Part shown: in pieces, positions 34,680-44,114 of the stretch | How positions within the stretch are numbered: the first letter of the stretch is position 1 | How the letters are laid out: each line of letters starts with the position of its first letter | Source: Chthoniobacterales bacterium | GTDB lineage: Bacteria; Verrucomicrobiota; Verrucomicrobiia; Chthoniobacterales; JACTMZ01 | Reading direction: 5' to 3' | Length of the DNA stretch: 57,423 nt | NCBI GenBank assembly: GCA_044343805.1 | Contig: JBIJDZ010000004.1 | Coordinates: 1 to 57,423 of the forward strand | Position numbers and translations under genes: made by a program | The notes under the pieces: model-generated | What the model was told of the DNA's origin: nothing | The model's database searches: none | The model's input: only the letters and a program-made list of their open reading frames with translations

Positions 34680-35144
34680 TCAATGGGATTTCAAGTCCTC
34701 TCCAAAAAAATCTGTTATCACATTTATATAAACGCTCTGCTTCATGGGCGGTGCCAAGTGGATAGGAAAATCCTTGATTCCCACCCACAGCACGGCAAGA
34801 AATTCCCCGCAACCTTGCTTCAAGTCGATTTCCGGTGGTGTGTCCGCCAACAACCGGCAAAGAAAATATGTTTGTTCCTGGCCGACAAAGCCGCGTCGGT
34901 CGGGACCTTCAGGAAAATTATAACGGTAGGGCCCGCGCCGCTCGACAATCCGATAAGCGGAAGCGGGCAGGGCGATCTCCTCATGAATCTCACGCTTCAC
35001 GGCCGCTGCCTGGTCCTCACCTTTGTCGATACCGCCTTGTGGAAATTGCCAACACTCGGGGTAATCCGCGCGTTGGGCAATGAGTAGTTTGCCATCCGCG
35101 CGCTGGATGATCGCCGCCACATTGGGCCGGTATCGTTCGGTCAT
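34680..35144 (-). CDS. NUDIX hydrolase, RppH/Ap4A hydrolase-like
   Basis: YRPNVA, WQFPQGGIDKGEDQAAAVKREIHEEI Nudix box, GQEQTYF. Confidence 0.85.
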   Translation of the reverse strand: MTERYRPNVAAIIQRADGKLLIAQRADYPECWQFPQGGIDKGEDQAAAVKREIHEEIALPASAYRIVERRGPYRYNFPEGPDRRGFVGQEQTYFLCRLLADTPPEIDLKQGCGEFLAVLWVGIKDFPIHLAPPMKQSVYINVITDFFGEDLKSH

Positions 35145-35242
35145 TTTGGCATCGTGAACTGATATTCGTTTGCCGGCAAGCGAGCCATGAATTGCCAAAT
35201 AAAAATCCTCCGCTACATTTCAAATTTCAACTTTCTGCAACC

Positions 35243-36706
35243 TTGAACCACGACGACGCGACACCTCGGCATGAATGCGGCGTCTTCGGCGTCTTCGGCC
35301 ACGATAACGCGGCAACCTTGTCTTATTACGGTCTGTTTGCGCTGCAGCATCGCGGGCAGGAAAGTGCCGGGATCGTCTCCTGTGAAGGTCCCGGACACCG
35401 TTTCAATGTCCACCGTGCCATGGGCCTCGTGTCGCAAGTTTTCGATGCCGATTCGCTCGCGCGGCTCAAAGGCAATTGCGCGGTCGGCCATGTCCGTTAC
35501 TCGACCAGCGGCTCGAGCACTCTGGCCAATGCCCAGCCTTTGGTTGCGGATACGGTTCGCGGCCCCATCGCCATCGCGCACAATGGAAACATAGTCAATG
35601 CGGCCAGCCTCCGCGCGGAACTCGAAGCCGGGGGGGCGATTTTCCAAACCACCGCCGACAGCGAAATCATCCTTCACCTGCTCGCCCGCCAAGCCTCCGC
35701 TGGCGAACCGCTGGCCGCACTGCGTGCAATCAGCGGGGCCTACTCCCTCGTTATGCTCACGCCCGAGTCGATGGTCGGCGTGCGCGACCCCAACGGCTTC
35801 CGCCCGCTTGTTCTCGGGCGTGTCGGGGCAGCAGGCTGGGTGCTTGCATCGGAAACCAGCGCCCTCGATCTCATCGGAGCGCGTCTTGAGCGCGAGATCG
35901 AACCGGGCGAAGTCGTCATCATCGATGCCAACGGCCCGCGCTCCCTGCGACCATTCCCCCCGGCTCGCGCCGCATTCTGCATTTTCGAGTTGGTTTATTT
36001 CGCCCGTCCGGACAGCAATTTGGGCGGCGGCAACGTCGCCGAAATGCGCGTGGAAATGGGGCGCCGCTTGTCGCAAACGAAACCGGTCGAAGCGGATCTC
36101 GTCGTGCCTGTGCCCGATTCTGGCAACTACGCCGCGCAAGGTTACTCCGAGGCCAGCGGGATTCCACTGGGGCACGCCTTTGTCCGCAACCACTACATCG
36201 GCCGCACCTTTCTGCAACCGTCGCAAATGATCCGTGACTTCGATGTCCGCGTGAAACTCAACCTCATCGCTGATGCCGTGCGCGGCAAACGTGTCGTGGT
36301 GGTCGATGACTCGATCGTGCGGGGCACCACGGCCCGCGCGCGTGTCGTCAATCTCCGCGAGTGCGGCGCCCGCGAGGTCCACTTGCGCATCAGTTGCCCT
36401 CCGCACCGGTTTCCCTGCCACTACGGCATTGATTTTCCCGACCCTGATGAGTTGCTGGCCAATCGGATGACCCACGCCGAAATCGAAAAATTTCTTGGAG
36501 TGGACAGCCTCGCCTATCTGTCCGTGGACGACATGATCGCGGCGACCGGTTGGCCGAAAGATTCCTTCTGCTCGGCCTGCTTCACCGGGGACTACCCGCT
36601 GCCGGTCGATGCCGGTTTGCGCAAGGATGCCATGGAAAAAGCCCCGGCCCGCGCCGGCTTTTTCGCCGACGGCATGCCGGGTTTGTTCGACGGGGTCAAC
36701 TCATGA
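35243..36706 (+). CDS. purF: Amidophosphoribosyltransferase
   Basis: Short propeptide then CGVFG nucleophile; LQHRGQESAGI, GHVRYST, AHNGN, VDDSIVRGTT; Fe-S Cys (CIFE, PCHYG, CSAC). Confidence 0.95.
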   Translation: MNHDDATPRHECGVFGVFGHDNAATLSYYGLFALQHRGQESAGIVSCEGPGHRFNVHRAMGLVSQVFDADSLARLKGNCAVGHVRYSTSGSSTLANAQPLVADTVRGPIAIAHNGNIVNAASLRAELEAGGAIFQTTADSEIILHLLARQASAGEPLAALRAISGAYSLVMLTPESMVGVRDPNGFRPLVLGRVGAAGWVLASETSALDLIGARLEREIEPGEVVIIDANGPRSLRPFPPARAAFCIFELVYFARPDSNLGGGNVAEMRVEMGRRLSQTKPVEADLVVPVPDSGNYAAQGYSEASGIPLGHAFVRNHYIGRTFLQPSQMIRDFDVRVKLNLIADAVRGKRVVVVDDSIVRGTTARARVVNLRECGAREVHLRISCPPHRFPCHYGIDFPDPDELLANRMTHAEIEKFLGVDSLAYLSVDDMIAATGWPKDSFCSACFTGDYPLPVDAGLRKDAMEKAPARAGFFADGMPGLFDGVNS

Positions 36707-37722
36707 AAAAACGCTCAGCTGCCTATGCTCGCGCCGGGGTCGATGTCGACCTGGGCAACTCCTTGAAAGACCGATTGCCGGCGCTCGTCAAGCAAACGCA
36801 CGGACCGCGTGTGCTCGGCGGGATTGGGGGGTTCGGCGGGCTTTTCCGGGCAGCTTTTCCGAAGATGAAGGATCCTGTGCTCGTGGCGAGTATGGACGGC
36901 GTCGGCACCAAACTCAAAATCGCCATCTTGGCCGGGCGACACGAAACTGTCGGGGAAGATCTGGTCAATCATTGCGTGAACGACATCGCCGTGATGGGAG
37001 CCCGCCCGCTTTTCTTCCTCGATTATCTCGGCGCCGGCAAACTCGACCCGGCCGTTTTCACCGAAGTTATCGCCGGTCTGGCTCGCGCTTGTAAAAGTGC
37101 CGGATGCGCACTCCTTGGTGGCGAGACGGCGCAGATGCCCGGCTTGTATCACGGGGCCGACTACGATCTTGTCGGCTGCATTGTCGGTATAGCCGATCGG
37201 GCCGAGATTCTCGACGGTTCGCGCGTGCGTGTCGGTGATTCCCTCATCGCTCTGCCCTCCAACGGCCTGCATACCAACGGCTACACGCTCGCGCGCCAAG
37301 TCATCCTCGGAAAACTCAAACTCGGCGTGCACGACCGCTTGCCCGGATTGCGCGGCACGGTCGCCACGGAACTCCTGCGGGTGCACCGCAACTACGAGCC
37401 GTCCCTGCGGAAAGTGTCAGCCCGTGTTCTCCACGCTGCCGCCCACATTACTGGGGGCGGTTTGCCCGACAATCTTCCGCGTTCGCTCCCAGTGAATTGC
37501 CGGGCCGTCATTGAGCGCCGCCGTTTGCGCATCCCCGCCCTTTTCCGGCTGATCCAAGATGCGGGGCAAGTTTCCGACGAGGAGATGTTCCGCGTTTTCA
37601 ATATGGGCGTCGGCATGGTGCTCGTGGTTTCCGCCAAGGAAGCACCCGCCGTGGCCAAGAAACTCGGCGGTCGTGTTATAGGACACATCGAGCGAGGCCC
37701 GCGCGGTGTCGAAATGGCCTAG
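36703..37722 (+). CDS. purM: Phosphoribosylformylglycinamidine cyclo-ligase
   Basis: YARAGVD, DGVGTK, LFFLDY, GGETAQMPG, SNGLHTNGY, HITGGG, FNMGVG. Confidence 0.96.
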   Translation: MKKRSAAYARAGVDVDLGNSLKDRLPALVKQTHGPRVLGGIGGFGGLFRAAFPKMKDPVLVASMDGVGTKLKIAILAGRHETVGEDLVNHCVNDIAVMGARPLFFLDYLGAGKLDPAVFTEVIAGLARACKSAGCALLGGETAQMPGLYHGADYDLVGCIVGIADRAEILDGSRVRVGDSLIALPSNGLHTNGYTLARQVILGKLKLGVHDRLPGLRGTVATELLRVHRNYEPSLRKVSARVLHAAAHITGGGLPDNLPRSLPVNCRAVIERRRLRIPALFRLIQDAGQVSDEEMFRVFNMGVGMVLVVSAKEAPAVAKKLGGRVIGHIERGPRGVEMA

Positions 37723-37727
37723 CCGTC

Positions 37728-38702
37728 ATGGCTGCCGCTTGGAAAAAGGGGTTGGGCATGGGTCTCGGGGCCGGCTTGCTCGGCGCCGCCGTGGTGGCTC
37801 TGAGTCGCCGTCGCCCGCATCCGCAACCGTCGCTGCCCGATGTCATATCTCCACCGGTTTTTGCCCGCCGTGTCCAGCGTACGACGCGCGGACAGATCGT
37901 TTACCACGCCAACGGGGAGGGCGAACCACTCTTGTTTTTGCACGACCTTTTTCCCGGTGCCGCCTCCTACGAGTGGTCGAAAATTTACCCCGCCTTCGCT
38001 CCGACCAATCGCGTGCTTGCGCCGGACTGGATCGGCTTCGGTGAAAGCGAGCGTCCCGAGCGTACTCTCCGCGCCGAGGATTACGCGCAGAGTTTGTTCG
38101 AATTTGTCCGTGCAGCATGCGGTGGGCGCCGGCCGGTTATAGTGGCCGCCGGTCTGGGGGCGGCGTTGGCGTCCTTGGCGGCCGCGCAACACCCGGAGTT
38201 TGCCTCCCGTCTGATCCTTTTTCATCCTTGTGGAACGGAAGGGTGGCTCCGCTCCAGGGTTCCGGCTCCAGCCCGTGCGGCCTCGTGGACCCGCAACGGC
38301 CGCCGCTGGATTTACGGCAGCTACTTGTCGCAACCCGCGGCGATTGAGCGCTGGCTTCACGCCCGTCGAAGTCTCGGCTCGCAGCTCGACTTGGGCGAGC
38401 CGGTCTCGGTTTATTCTTCCTTCGCCCGCCAATATGGGGCGGCCTGGGCCGTACAAAGGATCATGTCCGGCCGCTTCAACCTTCCGCCGCTCCCGCGCTT
38501 GGAAAATGTCTGTGTGCCGGTCACCGTCTGGTGGCCCGGGTTCGCCGCCGGCGATCCCCCCGCGGCGGCCTTAGGGCAACCGCATGTTCGCGTGGAATGG
38601 CTCGATGGCGCAGGACCTTTGGCTCCACTCGACCGCCCGGATGATCTCGCTGCTCGCTTGCGGATTGAATTGTTCGAGCCGGTGCGTGTGGCTGGGGCTT
38701 GA
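37728..38702 (+). CDS. Alpha/beta hydrolase fold protein, catalytic motifs degenerate
   Basis: GEGEPLLFLH, VLAPDWIGFGESERP; nucleophile elbow reads AAGLGA with no Ser; N-terminal membrane anchor. Confidence 0.75.
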   Translation: MAAAWKKGLGMGLGAGLLGAAVVALSRRRPHPQPSLPDVISPPVFARRVQRTTRGQIVYHANGEGEPLLFLHDLFPGAASYEWSKIYPAFAPTNRVLAPDWIGFGESERPERTLRAEDYAQSLFEFVRAACGGRRPVIVAAGLGAALASLAAAQHPEFASRLILFHPCGTEGWLRSRVPAPARAASWTRNGRRWIYGSYLSQPAAIERWLHARRSLGSQLDLGEPVSVYSSFARQYGAAWAVQRIMSGRFNLPPLPRLENVCVPVTVWWPGFAAGDPPAAALGQPHVRVEWLDGAGPLAPLDRPDDLAARLRIELFEPVRVAGA

Positions 38703-38766
38703 TCTGCCATTGACACAATGCCTTTGCCCGGATAGTTCTATCCTTTCGTCTCAACTCCATCCGACC

Positions 38767-39312
38767 ATGTCTCAAACCGAAGTTATCCTGACCTCCCACA
38801 TCCCTAATCTTGGCGCCGAAGCCGATGTGGTGAAAGTTCGTCGCGGTTACGCCCGTAATTTTCTCATTCCGCGCGGTATGGCCCACGAAGTCACGCCGGC
38901 GAGCCTGCGCATGACCAACTCTCTCAAGACCCGCCGCGCCGAGCGCGAGGCCCGCGAACTCAACGAGGCCAATGAACTCGGTCGCCGCCTCTCCAAGCTC
39001 AAGCTCGCTTTTGTTCTCGAAACCGGCGAAGCCGGCAAAGCTTTCGGTGCTATCACCGCCAAGGACATCGCCGACCGCCTCAAAGCTGAAACCGGCCAAG
39101 AGATCGACCGCCATCGCATTGTCCTCGACCGTCCCATCAAGGAAACTGGCGAAATCAGCGTCGAAGTTCGCTTGCATCCGGAAGTCCACGCTACCCTCAA
39201 GCTCAACGTCAGCTCCAACAAATCGAAGTCTGCCGCCGAAGCTGAGGATGACGAAGATCGTCCGAAGATCCGACGTTCCGCGAAGCAAGAGACGGCTCCG
39301 GAAGAGGCCTGA
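38767..39312 (+). CDS. rplI: 50S ribosomal protein L9
   Basis: LGAEADVVKVRRGYARNFLIPRG, GKAFGAIT, PIKETG..LHPEV. Confidence 0.96.
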   Translation: MSQTEVILTSHIPNLGAEADVVKVRRGYARNFLIPRGMAHEVTPASLRMTNSLKTRRAEREARELNEANELGRRLSKLKLAFVLETGEAGKAFGAITAKDIADRLKAETGQEIDRHRIVLDRPIKETGEISVEVRLHPEVHATLKLNVSSNKSKSAAEAEDDEDRPKIRRSAKQETAPEEA

Positions 39313-39432
39313 TTTTGGTCGATTTCTGACCCGCGGCCCATGCGCACATTGACCGCGCCGTCTCATTCGCCGCACAATACAGCCCTCTGATTGCGCCGGG
39401 CGCTCAATCCGGTCATCCTCATTTCCTACGCC

Positions 39433-40905
39433 ATGACACCTCCGGTAGATCTGACAGGCGCTTCAACCGCAACGCGGCGTGGTCCGGGTGCGCGCCGCAA
39501 CGACAATAGCAAACTCAAGCAGGCGGTATCTGTTGCTCCGGATGCTCACCGCCCCCTGCCGCAAGCCCTTGATGCGGAAAAGGGTCTCCTTTGCTCGGTC
39601 CTCCTGTCGCCCCGCGAAGTGCTCACTGATTGCGTCGATCAGATAGGCGAAGAAGCTTTTTACTCGCCGGCACACGGCACCATTTTTCGCATTCTTGTCG
39701 AGATGTGGTCGGCCAATCAGCAGATCGACGTCATCACGCTGACCAATCGCCTTCGCGACCTCAACCTGCTCGATACCGTGGGTGGACCTGGTGCCGTCAC
39801 GGAACTTCTCGGCTACGTGCCGACCGCCGCCAACGCCCCGCATTACCTTGAGATTGTCCGCGAAAAATCGCTGCTCCGCCGCATGATTGTCGCCTGTACG
39901 ACGTCGGCCGTGCGGTGTTACGAGGAGCAGGGTGACGTTCCGCAGTTGCTCGACGATGTGGAGCGCGAGATCTTCACCATCGGCGAAAATCGTTTCCGCA
40001 AGTCCACTCCCGGCATGCGCGAGGAAGTGTTCACGGCTCTCGAAAACATCGAAAAGATGTATCAGCAGCGTGGTCGCATCAGCGGTTTGGCCACCGGTTT
40101 CACCATTTTCGACCAGATGACTGATGGTCTCCATGCGGGCGAAATGATCATCGTGGCCGCCCGTCCCTCCATGGGTAAAACGGCTTTGGCGATGAACATT
40201 GTCGAGCATGTCTCTCTCGACCTTGAGGAGCCCAAGCCGGTCGGTGTTTTCAGCCTCGAAATGAGCACCCAGCAACTTGTCCAGCGCATGCTCTGCTCAC
40301 GCGCGCGCGTGAACATGAAAAAAATCCGTTCCGGCATGTTGGCCCGGGCCGAGCACAGCAAGCTCAACGACGCCGCTGCCGCGTTGAGCGAAAGCCAGAT
40401 TTTCATCGATGACACACCAGGGCTCAGCATTCTCGAGCTGCGGGCCAAGGCCCGCCGTATGCGCGATCGTCACCGCATCGAATTGATCGCCATCGATTAT
40501 TTGCAGCTTTGCCGGTCTACCACTCGGCGGGGCCAGGAAAACCGGCAGATCGAAATTTCCGAGATTTCCGCCGGGATCAAGGCTCTCGCCAAAGAACTCG
40601 AAATTCCGATCATCGTCCTCGCCCAGCTCAACCGCCAACCTGAAGCCCGCGGCGGCGGCAAGCCCCGCATGTCCGACCTGCGCGAATCGGGTTCGCTTGA
40701 GCAGGATGCCGATTTGGTGGCTCTCCTCGTGCGTCCGGAGGTTTACGAAGATGACGAGGAAAACAAAGCCGACTTGGTCGGCAAGGCCGAGCTCATCATT
40801 GCCAAGCAGCGCAACGGTCCGATCGGGGAGGTTCCGCTCACCTTCATCAAGGAATACACGCGGTTTGAGAACGCGGCCTTCGACCGCCCGCCCGCGGGCG
40901 AATAA
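39433..40905 (+). CDS. dnaB: Replicative DNA helicase DnaB
   Basis: AARPSMGKT Walker A, FSLEMS, IDYLQL, AQLNR, SDLRESGSLEQDAD, IAKQRNGP; no intein. Confidence 0.96.
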   Translation: MTPPVDLTGASTATRRGPGARRNDNSKLKQAVSVAPDAHRPLPQALDAEKGLLCSVLLSPREVLTDCVDQIGEEAFYSPAHGTIFRILVEMWSANQQIDVITLTNRLRDLNLLDTVGGPGAVTELLGYVPTAANAPHYLEIVREKSLLRRMIVACTTSAVRCYEEQGDVPQLLDDVEREIFTIGENRFRKSTPGMREEVFTALENIEKMYQQRGRISGLATGFTIFDQMTDGLHAGEMIIVAARPSMGKTALAMNIVEHVSLDLEEPKPVGVFSLEMSTQQLVQRMLCSRARVNMKKIRSGMLARAEHSKLNDAAAALSESQIFIDDTPGLSILELRAKARRMRDRHRIELIAIDYLQLCRSTTRRGQENRQIEISEISAGIKALAKELEIPIIVLAQLNRQPEARGGGKPRMSDLRESGSLEQDADLVALLVRPEVYEDDEENKADLVGKAELIIAKQRNGPIGEVPLTFIKEYTRFENAAFDRPPAGE

Positions 40906-40911
40906 CGATAT

Positions 40912-41481
40912 TCAAAAGTGCCGCGCCAGCGCGGCCAGGGTGCGCTCGATCGGCAGCCCCACCACGTTCGATCTGCTTCCTTCAATCGACTCGACGAGCA
41001 AATCCCCGTGTTCCTGCAGCGCATAGGCGCCTGCTTTGTCGAGCACATCGACGCGGGCGAGATAGTCCTTGATTGTCTCCAGATCGAGTTGCCGGAAACG
41101 AACCCTGGTGACCTCGACAAACTCGACCTGCACCAGCGGGTCCAAGCGGACCAGATGCACGCCCGTCGCTACTTCATGCACGCGTCCAGACAACAGGTTG
41201 AGCATCTCCCGCGCGCCGCTCGGGTTACCGGGTTTGCCCAGGGCACGACCATCGAGCCATACGAGGGTGTCAGCACCGAGAACGATTTTATTGGGATGGG
41301 CGCTGGCGACATCAAGTGCTTTGGCTCGTGCATTGGCCAGCACCAGATTTCCCATACCGAGCGACGGATCGTGCAGTTCATCCGTCGCGGAAGGAACGGC
41401 GGTGTAATCAAGGCCGGCCCCGGCCAGCAACGCCCGGCGTCGAGGCGACGACGAGGCGAGAACAATCGGGGGGACGCTCAA
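40912..41481 (-). CDS. maf: Maf family nucleoside triphosphate pyrophosphatase
   Basis: LASSSPRRRALL, GADT, GKP, DKAGAY, SNVVGLP. Confidence 0.93.
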   Translation of the reverse strand: MSVPPIVLASSSPRRRALLAGAGLDYTAVPSATDELHDPSLGMGNLVLANARAKALDVASAHPNKIVLGADTLVWLDGRALGKPGNPSGAREMLNLLSGRVHEVATGVHLVRLDPLVQVEFVEVTRVRFRQLDLETIKDYLARVDVLDKAGAYALQEHGDLLVESIEGSRSNVVGLPIERTLAALARHF

Positions 41482-41774
41482 TAGAACTCACCATCCTCGG
41501 CAAAGCCGTGGTCGTGACGGATGGTTTCGAGGCGGCGACGGGTGCGGCGACCCTCGCCGAGTTCACGGTTCACCCGCACGCCAGCACCGATAAGCAGCGG
41601 GATGGTGGCGGCGAGTCCTCCCACCAAAGCAATCAAACCGAGGCGTTGACGGGCGTTATTGCCAAGGCGGTCGGCCACGAGCAAGCCGGCTCCGATGCCT
41701 ACGGCCATTTCGGCAGCGGCGGCCACGGAAGTAGCCGAAAGATTCCGGGAAAATTTATCAAGCAGAGTTGCCAT
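41478..41774 (-). CDS. Small hypothetical membrane protein
   Basis: 98 aa with two hydrophobic Gly/Ala-rich segments; stop overlaps the maf start. Confidence 0.6.
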   Translation of the reverse strand: MATLLDKFSRNLSATSVAAAAEMAVGIGAGLLVADRLGNNARQRLGLIALVGGLAATIPLLIGAGVRVNRELGEGRRTRRRLETIRHDHGFAEDGEFY

Positions 41775-41890
41775 AACGAGACATCGATACCGCAGGGCTT
41801 GCCTTGATGCAACCGCAACCGGTCAGACGTTGTCGATTTTTTCTTCGGTGCGTGATTGCGCTTGGTCCGGCAAAATCGTCACATAGCTTC

Positions 41891-42952
41891 ATGCAGTCCG
41901 ACCTTTATGTCCTGATTCTTGCCGGCGGCAGCGGGGAACGCTTCTGGCCCTACAGCCGTCGCGTCCGGCCCAAGCAGCTTCTGCAACTTTTCTCCGAGCG
42001 CACCATGCTTGAGGAGACGATGGCCCGGCTGGGCGATGCAGTTCCGCCCGAGCACGTTCTCGTTCTGACCAATCGCGAGCAGGAATCCGCCGTGCGAGCC
42101 GTGTGCACGATGCTGCCGCCGGAAAACATTGTCGCTGAACCGGCCAAGCGGGACACGGCGCCGGCCGTCGCTCTCGGGGTCGGTTTGGTTTACCGCCGCG
42201 ATCCCCAAGCGGTGATGGCCGTTTTGCCGGCCGATCATCTGATCAAAGACGTCGAGGCTTTCCGGCGCGACTTGTTGTCCGGCGCGCGGGTTGCCCGGGA
42301 GTCGGGGGCTTTGCTGACTATCGGGATCAAGCCCACGTGGGCGTGTCCGGGCTTCGGCTACATCGAACAAGGTGCGCGCGTGGGCGCCATCGATCCGCCT
42401 ATTTACGAGGTGAGGCGCTTCCGCGAAAAGCCCTCTGCCGCGATGGCGGAGACGTTTCTTCAACAGGGAAACTACCGCTGGAACGCCGGCATGTTCATCT
42501 GGTCGGTCCCGGCAATCATGGGAGAATTGACGAGGCAGGCGCCGGAGTTGGCCGCTTTTGTCGAAAAAATGCGAGATGCCGGAGATCTCAAAGCATACCT
42601 CGACACGAGCTTCCCGCAGCTCCCCAAAATCTCCGTCGATTATGCAATCATGGAAAAAGCCGCCCACGTGCTCGAGCTTGAAGCGAGCTTCGATTGGGAT
42701 GACGTCGGTAGCTGGCTTGCGGTGGCCAAATATCTCAAACAGCACGAAGGCGACAATGCGGCCAACGGACCGCTGACCACGCAGGACGCCGCCCACAACA
42801 TCGTCTTTTCCAGCGGAAAAAAACATATCGCCCTATGCGGAGTGCAGGATCTGATCGTCGTCGACACCGGCGATGCCTTGCTCGTTTGCCATCGCAGCGA
42901 GGCCGAGAACATCAAGAACCTTCTTCCGCGCGTGCCGGAGGGGTTGCAATGA
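41891..42952 (+). CDS. manC: Mannose-1-phosphate guanylyltransferase (GMP domain only)
   Basis: ILAGGSGERFWP, PKQ, EPAKRDTAPA, PADH, FREKP, ISVDYAIMEK, WDDVGSW; no PMI cupin domain. Confidence 0.92.
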   Translation: MQSDLYVLILAGGSGERFWPYSRRVRPKQLLQLFSERTMLEETMARLGDAVPPEHVLVLTNREQESAVRAVCTMLPPENIVAEPAKRDTAPAVALGVGLVYRRDPQAVMAVLPADHLIKDVEAFRRDLLSGARVARESGALLTIGIKPTWACPGFGYIEQGARVGAIDPPIYEVRRFREKPSAAMAETFLQQGNYRWNAGMFIWSVPAIMGELTRQAPELAAFVEKMRDAGDLKAYLDTSFPQLPKISVDYAIMEKAAHVLELEASFDWDDVGSWLAVAKYLKQHEGDNAANGPLTTQDAAHNIVFSSGKKHIALCGVQDLIVVDTGDALLVCHRSEAENIKNLLPRVPEGLQ

Positions 42953-43368
42953 GCCGCGTCATGGCTGTCGATCTCGGGGCGGCGCGCACCGGCGTGGCGG
43001 TGAGTGATGAACTCGGCATGCTGGCCCAGCCGTGGAAAACACTGCCCGGCGGCGATGCTTCACTCGAGGCGGTTGTTTCGGCTGTGGAGGAATTGAAGCC
43101 CGTTCACGTGCTCGTCGGTCTGCCGCGGAATATGGATGGAACTTACGGCCCCGCGGCTGAGATTGCCCGGTCGTTCGCTGAGAATTTGCGCTCCCGCATT
43201 GAATGTCCGGTGGACTTGTGGGACGAGCGATTGACGACGGTGGCTGCGCAGCGCGCCCTCCGGGAAAGCGGTCGTAAGGCCCGCGATCAGCGCGGTGTGG
43301 TGGATCAGGTGGCCGCGCAGATATTGCTGCAAAGCTGGCTCGACCGTATGCCATGCGACTTAAGCTGA
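42949..43368 (+). CDS. ruvX: Pre-16S rRNA nuclease YqgF/RuvX
   Basis: AVDLGAARTGVAVSD, VGLPRNMDG, DERLTT, VDQVAAQILLQ. Confidence 0.93.
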   Translation: MSRVMAVDLGAARTGVAVSDELGMLAQPWKTLPGGDASLEAVVSAVEELKPVHVLVGLPRNMDGTYGPAAEIARSFAENLRSRIECPVDLWDERLTTVAAQRALRESGRKARDQRGVVDQVAAQILLQSWLDRMPCDLS

Positions 43369-44114
43369 CACTCGCCTACGACGGGGCCTGTTTCCGCGGC
43401 TGGCAAAGCCAGCCCGGGGGAGGGGCTGTGCAGGATGTTTTGCAGGACGCGCTCACGAAGTTGAACGGCGGCCGGAAGGTGTCCGTGCAAGGCTCCGGGC
43501 GCACCGATGCCGGCGTGCATGCTCTCGGCCAAGTGGCCCATGCCGACGTCCCCGACCACCGTGGCCCGGCGCAATACTGGCAACGCACGCTCAACGCCAC
43601 GTTGCCACCGGGTGTACGGGTGATGCGCTGCGTTCGCGCCGCTTCGGATTTTCACGCCCGTTACTCGGCCCGGGGCAAGACGTATGAATACATTTTGTGG
43701 GCCGGGCCGGTGTTGCCGCCCCATCAAGCCGGCCGTTGCTGGCATGTGTACCCTCCACCCGATCCCGACGTGCTTCGTCAAACGGCCAACTTGCTGGTTG
43801 GTCGGCATGACTTCCGCGGTTTCTCGGCGAATCGTGGCACGCCGGTCCGTGACACGCGCCGCCATCTCCGCAAAATCACGGTGTCGCAACGCGGAGACAT
43901 GATTCGCCTGCGATTCGACGGCGATGGTTTCCTCTACAGGATGGTGCGGATGCTGGCGGCAGCGATGGTGCGCGTCGCCCAAGGGAAAGCCTCGCTGGCT
44001 GCTTTGCGGGCGCGCCTCCAGGGTCATGCATCCGATCTGCCGCGCGGGGTGGCGCCGCCGGACGGGCTTTTTCTGCTGCGTGTGTCCTATGCGCGCGGTT
44101 TGCAATCGGGTTGA
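43353..44114 (+). CDS. truA: tRNA pseudouridine(38-40) synthase
   Basis: AYDG..FRGWQ, GRTDAGVHALGQ, FHAR, GRHDF, GFLYRMVR. Confidence 0.95.
   Translation: MRLKLTLAYDGACFRGWQSQPGGGAVQDVLQDALTKLNGGRKVSVQGSGRTDAGVHALGQVAHADVPDHRGPAQYWQRTLNATLPPGVRVMRCVRAASDFHARYSARGKTYEYILWAGPVLPPHQAGRCWHVYPPPDPDVLRQTANLLVGRHDFRGFSANRGTPVRDTRRHLRKITVSQRGDMIRLRFDGDGFLYRMVRMLAAAMVRVAQGKASLAALRARLQGHASDLPRGVAPPDGLFLLRVSYARGLQSG

Noticed and set aside
34506..35087. 193-aa plus-strand ORF spanning the GNAT/NUDIX intergenic region
   Set aside because: Overlaps the NUDIX gene antisense, has no motifs, and its composition is not protein-like.
35213..36475. 420-aa antisense ORF over purF (similar cases at 18644-19645, 53393-54649, 29433-30542 and 17212-18177)
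   Set aside because: Shadow ORFs of well-supported genes with no independent coding features.
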